Origin: Chiloscyllium plagiosum | Lineage: Eukaryota | Direction of reading: 5' to 3' | DNA: 64,000 nt | Assembly (NCBI RefSeq): GCF_004010195.1 | Contig: NC_057750.1 | Coordinates: 3,282,761-3,346,760 of the forward strand | Notes under the pieces: generated by a model | What the model was told of the DNA's origin: nothing | Seen by the model: only the letters and a program-made list of their open reading frames with translations | The model's database searches: none | Translations under genes and position numbers: made by a program | Part shown: positions 63,739-64,000 of the stretch, piece after piece | Numbering within the stretch: position 1 is the stretch's first letter | Layout of the letters: every line of letters starts with the position of its first letter

Positions 63739-63975
63739 AATCGGAAAGGACAGGTTCCCGCGGATGTGGTCCCAGACCCGATGGACATGACGCTGGACAA
63801 AGCTGAGGCTGCCATGGTTGCCAAAGAACTGAAGCAGCTGCTGCTCGATGCGGTACCTTTGAGCTGTAACCTTCCCAAGGTCACCTTACCAAACTATGAC
63901 AACATCCCTGGGAACCTGATGCTCACCTCATTGGGTCTCAAACTCGGGGACAGAGTCATCGTAGATACAGACAAG
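63739..63975 (+). CDS. CLIP3: CLIP3 coding exon 6 (NRKGQVPADVVPDPMDMTLDKAEAA...GLKLGDRVIVDTDK), reaches the start of the first CAP-Gly domain; gene continues beyond the window
   Basis: 237 nt open frame, CAG acceptor and GTTAGG donor. Absent from the ORF track; translated manually. Confidence 0.96.
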
Positions 63976-64000
63976 GTTAGGAGATACTTTTGCAGAGTCC

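Noticed and set aside
1..64000. CRISPR array or prokaryotic system
   Set aside because: Spliced vertebrate genes and retroelements throughout; no regularly spaced repeat-spacer array.

Overview
Vertebrate genomic DNA, almost certainly shark/elasmobranch (HE1-type V-SINEs, dense CR1 LINEs), with three N gaps. Two divergently transcribed genes were reconstructed by hand. EIF3K is complete on the minus strand: 8 coding exons, 23427->6185, 654 nt, 217 aa. CLIP3 (CLIPR-59) is on the plus strand: first 6 coding exons, 46579->63975, 302 codons; the gene continues past the window. EIF3K intron 3 has U12 (minor spliceosome) signals, and its promoter has three NRF1-type sites plus a TOP-like pyrimidine tract. 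The rest is mostly retroelements: CR1, L2, RTE, Tx1/L1, SINEs and a probable solo LTR. The most striking pattern is a set of several different Penelope-like element (PLE) families and short non-coding derivatives. They insert as inverted (fold-back) pairs with 10-17 bp target-site duplications (TSDs), and each family carries its own minimal type-I hammerhead ribozyme motif (CUGANGA-stem II-GAAA-NUH). One copy has a near-intact core on the EIF3K sense strand. Family names come from recalled similarity, not database searches.
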